From an uncultured Gemmatimonadota bacterium (GTDB taxonomy: Bacteria; Gemmatimonadota; Gemmatimonadetes; Gemmatimonadales; Gemmatimonadaceae), in NCBI GenBank assembly GCA_902825965.1, contig CADEDA010000003.1:157149-221148 (forward strand): DNA of 64,000 nt. The letters run 5' to 3'. A program made the position numbers and the translations under genes. The first letter of the stretch is position 1. Each line of letters opens with the position of its first letter. The notes under the pieces are model-generated. The model was not told where the DNA came from. It saw only the letters and a program-made list of their open reading frames with translations, and ran no database searches. Below, piece by piece: positions 19,630-29,274 of the stretch.

Positions 19630-19641
19630 GCGCGCGCCGCG

Positions 19642-21057
19642 TCACTCCGGCGGCGCTGCGGTGGTGTCGAGTCGTCGTGCGTGGGTGTAGGTCCACGCCT
19701 TGCCATACGGGTTGTCCGCGGTCTTGGGCACCGTCAGATGGTAGGTGAAGACCACCCAGCGCCCGTCCAGGGACTCGCCCCGCTCGCGCGGGATGCTGAA
19801 CCGCTGCATCGCACCCAGCGCGATCTGCTGTCCGTTCTCGTTCGGCAACTCGAGCACGATCGCGTTGCTCTCGCGTCCGGGCGACCAGGAGGCCCCGGTG
19901 CTCTGCGCCAGCGAAGCCGTGATCGAATCCAGGCGCTGCGGCGCCTCGATCCGCTGCGCCCGCAGCATGCCGTCTCGCACCAGGACGACCACGCTGTCCG
20001 GATACACGTCCGTGCGGCCGTCCATCGCCCCCACCACGGAGAAGCCCACCTCGAGCGAGTTCGCGCTGCGCTCGTCGGTGCGCTCGCGCGTGCGGCGCGC
20101 CGCGGTGGCCGCGCGGATGTCCGGCTTGGGCCCACGACGCGGATCCTCGGCGCGGGCGCGGACCAGCTCCAACAACCCGGACTGGCCGCGCGCCACGAGC
20201 GTGTCGGCCCACCAGCCCAGGTAGCCGTTCATCCGCGTCGCCAACCGATGCGTGTGTCGCATGCGGAGCCTGGTGTGTGCGGAGTCGATCACCTGCAGCG
20301 TGAACGTCGCGGCGCGGAGCGTGAAGCCGCCGTCGCCGAGGCCGAGTCCGGCACGACGGTCCCGCGGCGCCGTCGGCGGCGCATCGGCCACCACGCGGAG
20401 CGAATCCTCAGGCTCCCACGCGGTGATCGTCTCGACGAGTGACCGGCCGTCGTCAAAGCGCAGCGTGCGCTTGGCCGCCTCCTGCGGCAGGTCGAGCGTG
20501 ATCTCGCGCACCTGCGATACCGGGAGCCAGGGTCCTGACGCCGTGGCGCGCTCCGCGTCCGCACCGGCCTCCACGCGGACGACCTCGTCCCAGACGCGCG
20601 CCACGGGTGCTGCGATCGCGATGCTGGACTCGGCATCCGACACGCGCTCCTGTGGCGGGCGTCGCAGCTCGAATGCGCCCGCCACGACCGGCGCGAGCAA
20701 CACGGCGGCGGTCTCGAGTGCCGTCGAGCGACCACGGCGCCAGTGCGCGACGAGACCGCCCGACAGCGTGCCGGCGAGCAGCAGCGGTGCGGCCAGCGCG
20801 ATGTACGCGGGCGCTTCGGCGCCGTCGATCAGCAGCACGGCCACTGCGCCGGTCACCGGCAACACGCCAACGGTCGCGCTCCACCACCAGCCCGCGCTGG
20901 CGACCCCGCGCGCCATGAGGTACGCGCTCACGAACGGCGCTCCGACGAGGAACGCGAAGGTGGCGCGCGACTCGAGGAGCGGATGCAGGCCGCTCGTTGC
21001 CAGGACGTAGAGTCCCAGGGCGTAGGCGACGGAGGAGAGCAGCAGCCGGCGGTCCAT
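19642..21057 (-). CDS. Polytopic membrane protein fused to an SRPBCC/START-like domain and an unassigned ~170-aa C-terminal domain
   Basis: About 5 hydrophobic helices in the N-terminal third. An SRPBCC-like segment follows (IAIAAPVARVWDEVVRVE...TITAWEPEDSLRV). The start is uncertain (ATG at 21057 versus track 21183, whose extension has lower GC3). Confidence 0.5.
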   Translation of the reverse strand: MDRRLLLSSVAYALGLYVLATSGLHPLLESRATFAFLVGAPFVSAYLMARGVASAGWWWSATVGVLPVTGAVAVLLIDGAEAPAYIALAAPLLLAGTLSGGLVAHWRRGRSTALETAAVLLAPVVAGAFELRRPPQERVSDAESSIAIAAPVARVWDEVVRVEAGADAERATASGPWLPVSQVREITLDLPQEAAKRTLRFDDGRSLVETITAWEPEDSLRVVADAPPTAPRDRRAGLGLGDGGFTLRAATFTLQVIDSAHTRLRMRHTHRLATRMNGYLGWWADTLVARGQSGLLELVRARAEDPRRGPKPDIRAATAARRTRERTDERSANSLEVGFSVVGAMDGRTDVYPDSVVVLVRDGMLRAQRIEAPQRLDSITASLAQSTGASWSPGRESNAIVLELPNENGQQIALGAMQRFSIPRERGESLDGRWVVFTYHLTVPKTADNPYGKAWTYTHARRLDTTAAPPE

Positions 21058-21200
21058 GGGCAGGATCGGGAAGGGCGGTACGGCATGCCGCGACGTGCCC
21101 GCGGCCACTGTCGGAGGACGAGTGTCGGTCGGCCCTGTAAACACCGGGGAGCCGGTCGGAATCCCACCGACGTGCGCGTTCACTCACCCAGGAGGTCCAG

Positions 21201-21677
21201 ATGCTGCTCCGCACCGTCGCCACCGCTTTCGCCGCCACCACCCTCGCCGCCGCCTTCGGGCCGCCGCGGATCACCGTCACGCCGGTGAGCGGCACGCCGC
21301 CCACCCGCGACGCCGTGCTGGCGATCACCACGCAGCACCATACGGAGGAGGAATGGGCGGACGTCAGCGCGCGGGCCTACCGCATGCGTGACGGGCGGCG
21401 CGAATCACGCGAGATCGCCGTGACCGCGTCGGCGACCAAGGGCCGCTACGGCGTCACGCGGCAGTGGGAGTCCGGCACCGCGTGGGTGCTGGTGTTCACC
21501 ATCAAGCAGGGCGAACACGGCGCGCACGGCACGGCATCCGCACTCGTGAAGGTGGATGCGGCCGGCACGATCGTGGGCATCGAGAACCCCTCCGAGCGCA
21601 GCGACCGCGGGTACCTGCTCCCGCGCGCCACGACCGACGCCGACATCACGCGGGCCTTCGCCGCACTGCAGCACTGA
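21201..21677 (+). CDS. Small secreted hypothetical protein
   Basis: AGGAGG lies 7 nt upstream of the ATG. Signal peptide MLLRTVATAFAATTLAAA. High GC3. Confidence 0.6.
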   Translation: MLLRTVATAFAATTLAAAFGPPRITVTPVSGTPPTRDAVLAITTQHHTEEEWADVSARAYRMRDGRRESREIAVTASATKGRYGVTRQWESGTAWVLVFTIKQGEHGAHGTASALVKVDAAGTIVGIENPSERSDRGYLLPRATTDADITRAFAALQH

Positions 21678-21708
21678 CGCCGGCGAAGGGTGGTCCGAAG
21701 CAAAGGAC

Positions 21709-21745
21709 GGGGGAATCGTGCGCGGCCTTGCCGCCCGATTCCCCC
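21709..21745. terminator. Bidirectional GC-rich hairpin between convergent genes
   Basis: gggggaatcg-tgc-gcggc-ctt-gccgc-c-cgattccccc, a 10-bp outer stem plus a 5-bp inner stem. Confidence 0.6.
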
Positions 21746-21780
21746 ATCCAGTATCCACCATCCACTATCCACCATCCCCC

Positions 21781-23220
21781 TCACACATGCTTCAGCTTCC
21801 AAGCCCCCCGCTTGAACAATAGCCCGCTCACCACGGCGAGCACCGAGTAGCTGACCGTCACCGCGATGAACACGCCGTCCTGCTTCATCCCGAGCGGGTA
21901 CGAGAGCAACCAGGCCAGCGGGATCTGCAGCACCCAGTACACGCAGAGGTTGATCCACGTGGGCGTCCAGGTGTCGCCGGCGCCGTTGAACGACTGCTCC
22001 AGCACCATGCCCGCCGCGAAGAACGGGAAGCCGAGTGACATCCAGCGGAGGCCGTCCACCGCGACCTTGGCCACCGCCGCGTCCGTCGTGAAGAAGCTCA
22101 CGATGAACGGGGCGCCGATGAGGAAGATCGCGCCGATCGTGCTGAGGAAGGCGACGTCGTACTTGGCGGCCGCCCACACGGCGGCTTCCGCACGCTCCGG
22201 TTTCTTGGCACCGAGGCTCTGCCCGACCATCGTCGCCGCCGCCCCACCAAGACCGAAGGCCGGCATCATCGCGAAGATCACCAGGCGGATCGCGATGGTG
22301 TACCCCGCCATCGCCTCGGGCCCGAAGCCGGACACCACGCGCACGAGGCCGATCCAGCTCATCGAGCCGATCGCGACCTGGAACGTCCCCAGCCCGGAGA
22401 GCTGTGCGATGCTCAGCATGGTCGCGGGCTCGACCTTCAGGTGCGACGGCCGGATGGCGAGGTGCCCGGCGCCGCGCGCCAGCATCCAGAATGCCATCAG
22501 CAGGCCGATGCCGCGTCCGATGGTGGTGGCGATCGCGGCGCCGGTGACGCCGAGTTCGGGGAAGGGACCGAGGCCGAAGATCAGCACCGGGTCGAGCACG
22601 ATGTTGATGGAGTTCGCGACGATCAGGATGCGCATCGCGACCGCCGGATCCCCGGCACCGCGGAACACGGCGTTCACGACGAACAACAGGAACGCGGTCC
22701 CGCTGCCGCCGAGCATCCAGCGCGCGTAGCCGCTGCCCACGGCGATCACCTCCGCGTCGGCTCCCATGAGGGCGAGCAGTTGCGGCGCGAACACCGCCCC
22801 CACGAGCCCGAGCACGCCGGAGATGAGTGTGCCGAGCAGGATGACCTGCACCGCCGCCCGTCCGGCCGCGTCGGCATCCTTCTCGCCGATGCGTCGTGAC
22901 ACGGTCGCCGTCGCACCGATGCTCAGGCCGAAGGCGAGGGTGTAGATCACGATCATCAGCGATTCGGTGAGACCGACGCTGGCCACCGCCGCCGCACCGA
23001 CGCGTGCGACGAAGAACACGTCCACGACGGCGAAGATGCTCTCCATCGCCATCTCCACCACCATCGGCACGGCCAGCAGGAAGATGGCCCGGCCCAGCGG
23101 GCCGCTGGTGTAATCGTGCGCGGTGCCACGCAGTGCGTCGCGCAGGTCGCGCCACAGGCCGCCGCTCGGCGGCGGCGCACTGGCGTCGGGAGTCGACACG
23201 GATTCGTTGGAACTATGCAT
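21781..23220 (-). CDS. MATE-family multidrug/toxic-compound efflux transporter
   Basis: 12-TM pattern with MATE N-terminal signature LAVPMVVEMAMESIFAVVDVFFV and RGAGD. I chose the ATG at 23220 (GAGG upstream); the track ORF extends spuriously to 23457. Confidence 0.85.
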   Translation of the reverse strand: MHSSNESVSTPDASAPPPSGGLWRDLRDALRGTAHDYTSGPLGRAIFLLAVPMVVEMAMESIFAVVDVFFVARVGAAAVASVGLTESLMIVIYTLAFGLSIGATATVSRRIGEKDADAAGRAAVQVILLGTLISGVLGLVGAVFAPQLLALMGADAEVIAVGSGYARWMLGGSGTAFLLFVVNAVFRGAGDPAVAMRILIVANSINIVLDPVLIFGLGPFPELGVTGAAIATTIGRGIGLLMAFWMLARGAGHLAIRPSHLKVEPATMLSIAQLSGLGTFQVAIGSMSWIGLVRVVSGFGPEAMAGYTIAIRLVIFAMMPAFGLGGAAATMVGQSLGAKKPERAEAAVWAAAKYDVAFLSTIGAIFLIGAPFIVSFFTTDAAVAKVAVDGLRWMSLGFPFFAAGMVLEQSFNGAGDTWTPTWINLCVYWVLQIPLAWLLSYPLGMKQDGVFIAVTVSYSVLAVVSGLLFKRGAWKLKHV

Positions 23221-23340
23221 GCAGGACCTCAGGGGATCGGAATGAGAACGCCCCGACTGCGAGACCGAAGCAGGCGGGGCGTGGATCCACGGGGAGCGAC
23301 GACGCGTCGCTGCTACCCGAGAGGCCCTGCTTCGATGACC
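23221..23340 (-). promoter_or_regulatory. Structured 5' leader of the MATE gene with competing helices (candidate riboswitch/attenuator)
   Basis: In plus-strand coordinates, 9-bp helix P1 pairs 23266-23274 with 23326-23334 and encloses hairpin 23295-23311. A terminator-like hairpin (23250-23260/23270-23280, 10 of 11 bp) shares 5 nt with P1 and is followed on the transcript by GUUCUCAUUCC. Confidence 0.4.
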
Positions 23341-23481
23341 ACCGCACCGCCGGCCGGCATCCGGAGACGGATGCGACCCGAGACGGCAAGGATGGCGGGG
23401 GAGTCTGGAATCATCGAAGCACCGACCTGCGGAGGATGAAGCGCCCGGCGGAAGCACGGCCGCCGAGCGCCACGTACGGTA

Positions 23482-25572
23482 CTAGGCGCGTAGAACTTCC
23501 GCAATGGCCGTCGCGATCCGCTCCGCATCCGGCAACACGGCGTCGAGCAGCACCGGGTGGTACGGCATCGGGATGTCCTGTGGTGCGAGTCGCTGCACCG
23601 GTGCATCGAGATGCCAGAACACCTCCTGCGTCACCGTCGCCGCGACCTCGGCGCCGAACCCGGCCGTCAGGTTGTCCTCATGTACGATCAGGCAGCGCCC
23701 TGTCTTGGTGACCGACGCGAGGACCGCGCGACGGTCCCAGGGCGAGATGGTCCGCAGGTCGAGCAGCTCCACTGCGTCGTCGAAGCGATCCGCCGCCTCG
23801 AGGCAGCGGTGCACCATCGCGCCCCAGGTCACGAGCGTCACCGACCGTCCCTGCCGCAGCGTGTGCGCCTGCCCGAAGGGGAGCACGTAGTCGTCGCCCG
23901 GATATCGTGCGCTGCCGTCACCGGTCATGAGCAGCGAGCGATGCTCGAAGTAGATCGTCGGGTTGGGCGATCGCAGCGCCGTGCGCAGCAGGCCGACCGC
24001 GTCGGCCGCGTTGGAGGGGATGGCGACCTGCCAGCCGTATGCGTGTGCGAATCGCACCTCGTCCGAGAGCGAATGCCAGGGATCGCCCACATCCTTGCCG
24101 AAGCCGCCCGGCATGCGCACGACCATCGGCGCGGCGAAGCGGTTGGCGGTGCGCCAGCGCATGGTGCCCGTGTTGTTGAGTTGTTCCGTCGCCGGGTCGG
24201 CGTACTTCCGGAACTGGATCTCCGCCACCGGCATCAGGCCGCTGATGGCCAGCCCCGACGCGCGGCCGACGATGCCCTCCTCGGAGAGGCTGGTGTCGAA
24301 CACCCGCGCCGCCCCGAACTGCTTCTGCAGGCCCTCGGTGACGAGGTGCACGCCGCCCTTCTTGCCGACGTCCTCACCGAACACCACCACCTTGGGATTC
24401 ACCTCGAGCTCGCGGCGCAGTGTCCGGCGCACGGCCTCGGCGAAGCGCAGCAGTTCCCCGCCGGCCGCCGGAGTCGCGCTGCCGCCCAGCCGCCGGCGTT
24501 CGGCGCGCCGCAGCCCGCCGAACGCCTCAGGGGCCGTGTCCGCGTCGTCGGCGAACATGTGTGCGCCGATGCGCGAGGCATCGGGCACGCCCCGCGCACG
24601 CGCGGCCGTGAGCGCCGCGTCCACGTCGCGCGCGACCTCGGCCTCCAGCGCGGTCCAGTCCGACTCGGTCATGAGACCGGGCACCAGGTACTTCTTGAGC
24701 CGTGGCAGCGGATCGCGCGCCTGGTCGGCCGCGATCTCGGCCTCCGTGCGGTAGCCCTTCTGGTTGTCGGGCCCCGAGTGGCTCGAGAGTCGCGGCAGCG
24801 TGAGGTGCACGAGCGCCGGTCCCTCGCCGCGCCGCACGTGGTCCACGCACTCCTGCAGCAGCCGTGCGGATTCATGCGGGTCGGTGCCGTCACCGTCGCG
24901 CACGAACAGCTGGTTGAACGATGCGAGGTTGCGCGCGATGTTGCCGCCCGGCGTCTGCATCTCGCCCTTCACCGAGATCCCGAGGTCGTTGTCCTCGATG
25001 TAGAACAGCATCGGGAGGCGGAGCGTGGTGGCCATGGTGAGCGCCGCCCAGAACCCGTTGGTCGCCACCGATCCGTCGCCGCCGAGGGCGACACCCATCG
25101 CGCCGTGCCAGTCGGCATCCTTGAGCACGTCGCGGTGGTACGTGATGGCCTGCGCCCAGCCCGCGGTCGGCGTGTACTGCGATCCCACGTCGCCGCTCAT
25201 CGGCAGCACCACGGGGCCGTCACGGTTGGGCAGGTTGCACACCACGCCGATGTCGCGACCGTCGGAGAACCCCCCGGCGCGCCCCAGCGGCGAGCCGAGC
25301 GCATCCTCGAGCGAGAGCCCGAGTGAGAGCAGCAGCGGGCGACTGCGATAGTACGCCCCCGCCGCGTCGTGACGACCGTCGATGATCGAACCCAGGATGC
25401 ACTGCGCCATGTCGTGGCCGCGTGCGGAGAACTGGTAGAGCACCACATGGTCCTTGGGGACCGAGGCGCGGTTGCGGTTGGTGGCTTCCTCGACGTCGTC
25501 GAGTGCGCGGGAGGCGAGCGTGTGATATGCGATGCGACGCCAGTCGAAGCCGGCGAGGGGTTTCCGTGACAT
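23482..25572 (-). CDS. Fused alpha-beta E1 component of a TPP-dependent 2-oxoacid (branched-chain/acetoin-type) dehydrogenase
   Basis: The alpha part carries the TPP motif GGDGSVATNG...IEDNDLGIS. The beta part has VFGEDVGKKGGVHLVTEGLQKQFG..RVFDT.LSEEGIVG. ATG at 25572; the rest of the 1176-aa track ORF is a shadow frame. Confidence 0.85.
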   Translation of the reverse strand: MSRKPLAGFDWRRIAYHTLASRALDDVEEATNRNRASVPKDHVVLYQFSARGHDMAQCILGSIIDGRHDAAGAYYRSRPLLLSLGLSLEDALGSPLGRAGGFSDGRDIGVVCNLPNRDGPVVLPMSGDVGSQYTPTAGWAQAITYHRDVLKDADWHGAMGVALGGDGSVATNGFWAALTMATTLRLPMLFYIEDNDLGISVKGEMQTPGGNIARNLASFNQLFVRDGDGTDPHESARLLQECVDHVRRGEGPALVHLTLPRLSSHSGPDNQKGYRTEAEIAADQARDPLPRLKKYLVPGLMTESDWTALEAEVARDVDAALTAARARGVPDASRIGAHMFADDADTAPEAFGGLRRAERRRLGGSATPAAGGELLRFAEAVRRTLRRELEVNPKVVVFGEDVGKKGGVHLVTEGLQKQFGAARVFDTSLSEEGIVGRASGLAISGLMPVAEIQFRKYADPATEQLNNTGTMRWRTANRFAAPMVVRMPGGFGKDVGDPWHSLSDEVRFAHAYGWQVAIPSNAADAVGLLRTALRSPNPTIYFEHRSLLMTGDGSARYPGDDYVLPFGQAHTLRQGRSVTLVTWGAMVHRCLEAADRFDDAVELLDLRTISPWDRRAVLASVTKTGRCLIVHEDNLTAGFGAEVAATVTQEVFWHLDAPVQRLAPQDIPMPYHPVLLDAVLPDAERIATAIAEVLRA

Positions 25573-25629
25573 GGATGCAATCTGGCAGGGGGTGGGCGGC
25601 GGGGGAACCGTTCCCCTATCTTCTCTCCC

Positions 25630-26421
25630 ATGACGACTCCACTCGTGCTCTCCGAGCTGACGGACGGCGTGCTGGTGCTGACGCTGAACCGTCCCGAGGT
25701 CCTCAACTCGTTCAATCGGCCCATGGCGCTGGCGCTGCAGGCCGAGCTCGCGCGGGCGGCGAGCGATCCCGGCGTCCGTGCGGTGCTGCTCACCGGGACC
25801 GGCCGCGGCTTCTGCGCCGGTCAGGACCTCGCCGAGGTGCTGCCGCAGGGCGGTGGCCCCATGCCCGACATCAGTGAGACGGTGCGCGCGAGCTACAACC
25901 CCATCATCAAGGCCATCCGCCACCTCGAGAAGCCCGTGGTCTGCGCGGTGAACGGCGTGGCGGCGGGCGCCGGCGCCAACCTCGCCTTCGCCTGCGACCT
26001 GACGATCGCGGCCGAGGAGGCGACGTTCGTGGAGAGCTTCGCGAAGCTCGGCTTGATCCCCGACACCAGCGGCACGTTCTTCGTGCCGCGGCTGATCGGG
26101 CCGCAGCGTGCGACCGCGATGTTCTTCCTCGCCGAGAAGATGCACGCCGGCCGCGCGAAGGACTGGGGCCTCATCCACGACGTGGTGCCGCAGGCGCAGT
26201 TGCACGAGGTCGCGCTGCACCTCGCCAAGCAGCTCGCCGGCCAAGCCACGCGCGGGTTCGGCCTCACCAAGCGCGCGATGAACGCCTCGTGGACCAACGA
26301 CATCGACGCGCAGTTGGAGGTCGAGGCCGACTGCATGCAGGAGGCCGGCCGCACCGCCGACTACGAGGAGGGCGTGCGCGCGTTCCTCGAGAAGCGGAAG
26401 CCGACCTACCGGGGCGCCTGA
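25630..26421 (+). CDS. paaG: 2-(1,2-epoxy-1,2-dihydrophenyl)acetyl-CoA isomerase
   Basis: Close to E. coli PaaG: LTLNRPE.LNSFN, LLTG.GRGFCAGQDL, YNP......L.KPV.CAVNGVAAGAGA, and C-terminal ADY.EGV.AFL.KR.P. Confidence 0.9.
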   Translation: MTTPLVLSELTDGVLVLTLNRPEVLNSFNRPMALALQAELARAASDPGVRAVLLTGTGRGFCAGQDLAEVLPQGGGPMPDISETVRASYNPIIKAIRHLEKPVVCAVNGVAAGAGANLAFACDLTIAAEEATFVESFAKLGLIPDTSGTFFVPRLIGPQRATAMFFLAEKMHAGRAKDWGLIHDVVPQAQLHEVALHLAKQLAGQATRGFGLTKRAMNASWTNDIDAQLEVEADCMQEAGRTADYEEGVRAFLEKRKPTYRGA

Positions 26422-26422
26422 C

Positions 26423-27616
26423 GTGAGCGGACTCGGGACGTCGAGTGTGGTGGGAGTGGTCGGCGCGGGCGCGATGGGCGCCGGCATCGCGCAGGTGGCG
26501 GCGACGCAGGGCCACGCGGTGGTGCTGGCCGACGCGCAGGTGGCGGCGATCGGCCGGGCCAGGGATGGGCACGCGAAGGCGATGGCGCGCGAGGTCGAGA
26601 AGGGGCGGCTCACGGCCGACGCCGCCGACCAGGTGCTGCGGCGCATCACGTACGTGGAAGGTGTCGACAGCGTGGCGCTCGCCCAGTTCGGCCGCTGCCA
26701 GTTGGTGATCGAGGCGATCGTCGAGGACCTGGCGATCAAGCAGGCGCTCTTCACGGCCCTCGAGAAGGTCCTGCCGGCGGACGCCGTGCTCGCGACCAAC
26801 ACCTCGTCGCTGAGCGTCGCGGCGCTCGCCGGAGCCTGCCAGCGGCCCGCGCGGGTGGTGGGGATCCATTTCTTCAACCCCGCGCCGGTGATGCCGCTGG
26901 TGGAGGTCATCCCGTCGATCATCAGCGACGCGGCGGTCACCGACGCCGCGCAGGCGCTCATCGATGCCTGGGGCAAGGTCACGGTGCGCTGCACCGACAC
27001 GCCGGGCTTCATCGTGAACCGGATCGCGCGTCCGTTCTACGGCGAGGCGCTGCGCATCCTCGAGGAGCGCCTGGCGGACGCCGCCACCATCGATTGGGCG
27101 ATGAAGACGCTGGGCGGCTTCAAGATGGGGCCGTTCGAGCTCATGGACTTCATCGGGAACGACGTGAACTTCGCGGTGACGCGGTCGGTGTTCGAGGCGA
27201 TGTTCTTCGATCCGCGCTACAAGCCCGCGCTCACGCAGCGGCGTCTCGTCGAAGCCGGCCTGCTCGGCCGCAAGGCCAAGCGCGGCTACTACGACTATCG
27301 CGACGGTGCGTCGGCGCCGGAGCCCCGGACGGACGAGACGCTCGGCCGCGTGATCGTCGACCGCATCCTCGCGATGCTCATCAATGAAGCGGTGGATGCG
27401 GTGCAGCTGGGGATCGCCGCGCCCGGCGACATCGAGCTCGCGATGACCAAGGGCGTGAACTACCCGCGCGGCCTCCTCGCGTGGGGCGACCAACTCGGGG
27501 CGGGCCAGGTGCTCGCCACCGTGGAGGCGCTGCAGGCCGAGTACGGCGAGGACCGGTACCGGCCGAGCCCGCTGCTGCGGCGCACCGCCCGGCAGGGCGG
27601 GCGGTTGCTCCCATGA
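26423..27616 (+). CDS. paaH: 3-hydroxyadipyl-CoA (3-hydroxyacyl-CoA) dehydrogenase
   Basis: NAD-binding motif [16 protein letters not shown], plus [30 protein letters not shown] and TPGFIVNR. Confidence 0.88.
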   Translation: MSGLGTSSVVGVVGAGAMGAGIAQVAATQGHAVVLADAQVAAIGRARDGHAKAMAREVEKGRLTADAADQVLRRITYVEGVDSVALAQFGRCQLVIEAIVEDLAIKQALFTALEKVLPADAVLATNTSSLSVAALAGACQRPARVVGIHFFNPAPVMPLVEVIPSIISDAAVTDAAQALIDAWGKVTVRCTDTPGFIVNRIARPFYGEALRILEERLADAATIDWAMKTLGGFKMGPFELMDFIGNDVNFAVTRSVFEAMFFDPRYKPALTQRRLVEAGLLGRKAKRGYYDYRDGASAPEPRTDETLGRVIVDRILAMLINEAVDAVQLGIAAPGDIELAMTKGVNYPRGLLAWGDQLGAGQVLATVEALQAEYGEDRYRPSPLLRRTARQGGRLLP

Positions 27617-28034
27617 CCGACGCCGACCGCGCCGCCCGACTGGTCGTCGAGCGTATGCTCGCGAAGGACCGCTTCTCGCAGTGGCTGGGCGTCGAGCTGG
27701 TCGAGGTGCGCGCGCGGCACGCGGTGATCCGGATGACCGTGCGGCCGGAGATGGTGAACGGCTTCGGCTTCGCCCACGGCGGGATCGTGTTCTCCTTCGC
27801 CGACAGTGCCCATGCGTTCGCCACCAACTCCGACGGCGAGATCAGCGTGGCCGTGGACTGCTCGGTGAGTTATCCCGCCCCGCTGCGCGTGGGCGACGTG
27901 CTCACCGCGACCGCCACCGAACAGACCACCACCAACCGCCTTGGCTTCTGCGACGTGACCGTCCGCGATCAGGACGACCGCATCGTCGCACACTTCCGCG
28001 GCACCGTGTACCGCACCCGCAAGCCCCTCCCCGA

Positions 28035-28038
<4 letters not shown>
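27613..28038 (+). CDS. paaI: Hydroxyphenylacetyl-CoA thioesterase (hotdog fold)
   Basis: [22 protein letters not shown], with the typical ~140 aa size. ATGA overlap with paaH. Confidence 0.85.
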
Positions 28039-29246
<1,208 letters not shown>

Positions 29247-29274
29247 CCCGACGCGCGCGGGGCGTGCCGCGGGC

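Noticed and set aside
23281-23290. The perfect palindrome gtggatccac in the MATE leader, as a hairpin or operator.
   Set aside because: A hairpin would have a loop of at most 2-4 nt on a 3-4-bp stem, which is not stable. It could be a protein site, but a single 10-bp palindrome in GC-rich DNA is weak evidence.
25573-27012. The N-terminal 480 aa of the 1176-aa minus-strand ORF 23482..27012.
   Set aside because: Only the C-terminal 696 aa (from the ATG at 25572, MSRKPLAGFDW...) look like a real protein, the E1 alpha-beta dehydrogenase. The upstream part is Arg/Ala/Gly-rich low-complexity sequence lying antisense to the well-supported paaG and paaH genes, so it is a GC-driven shadow frame.
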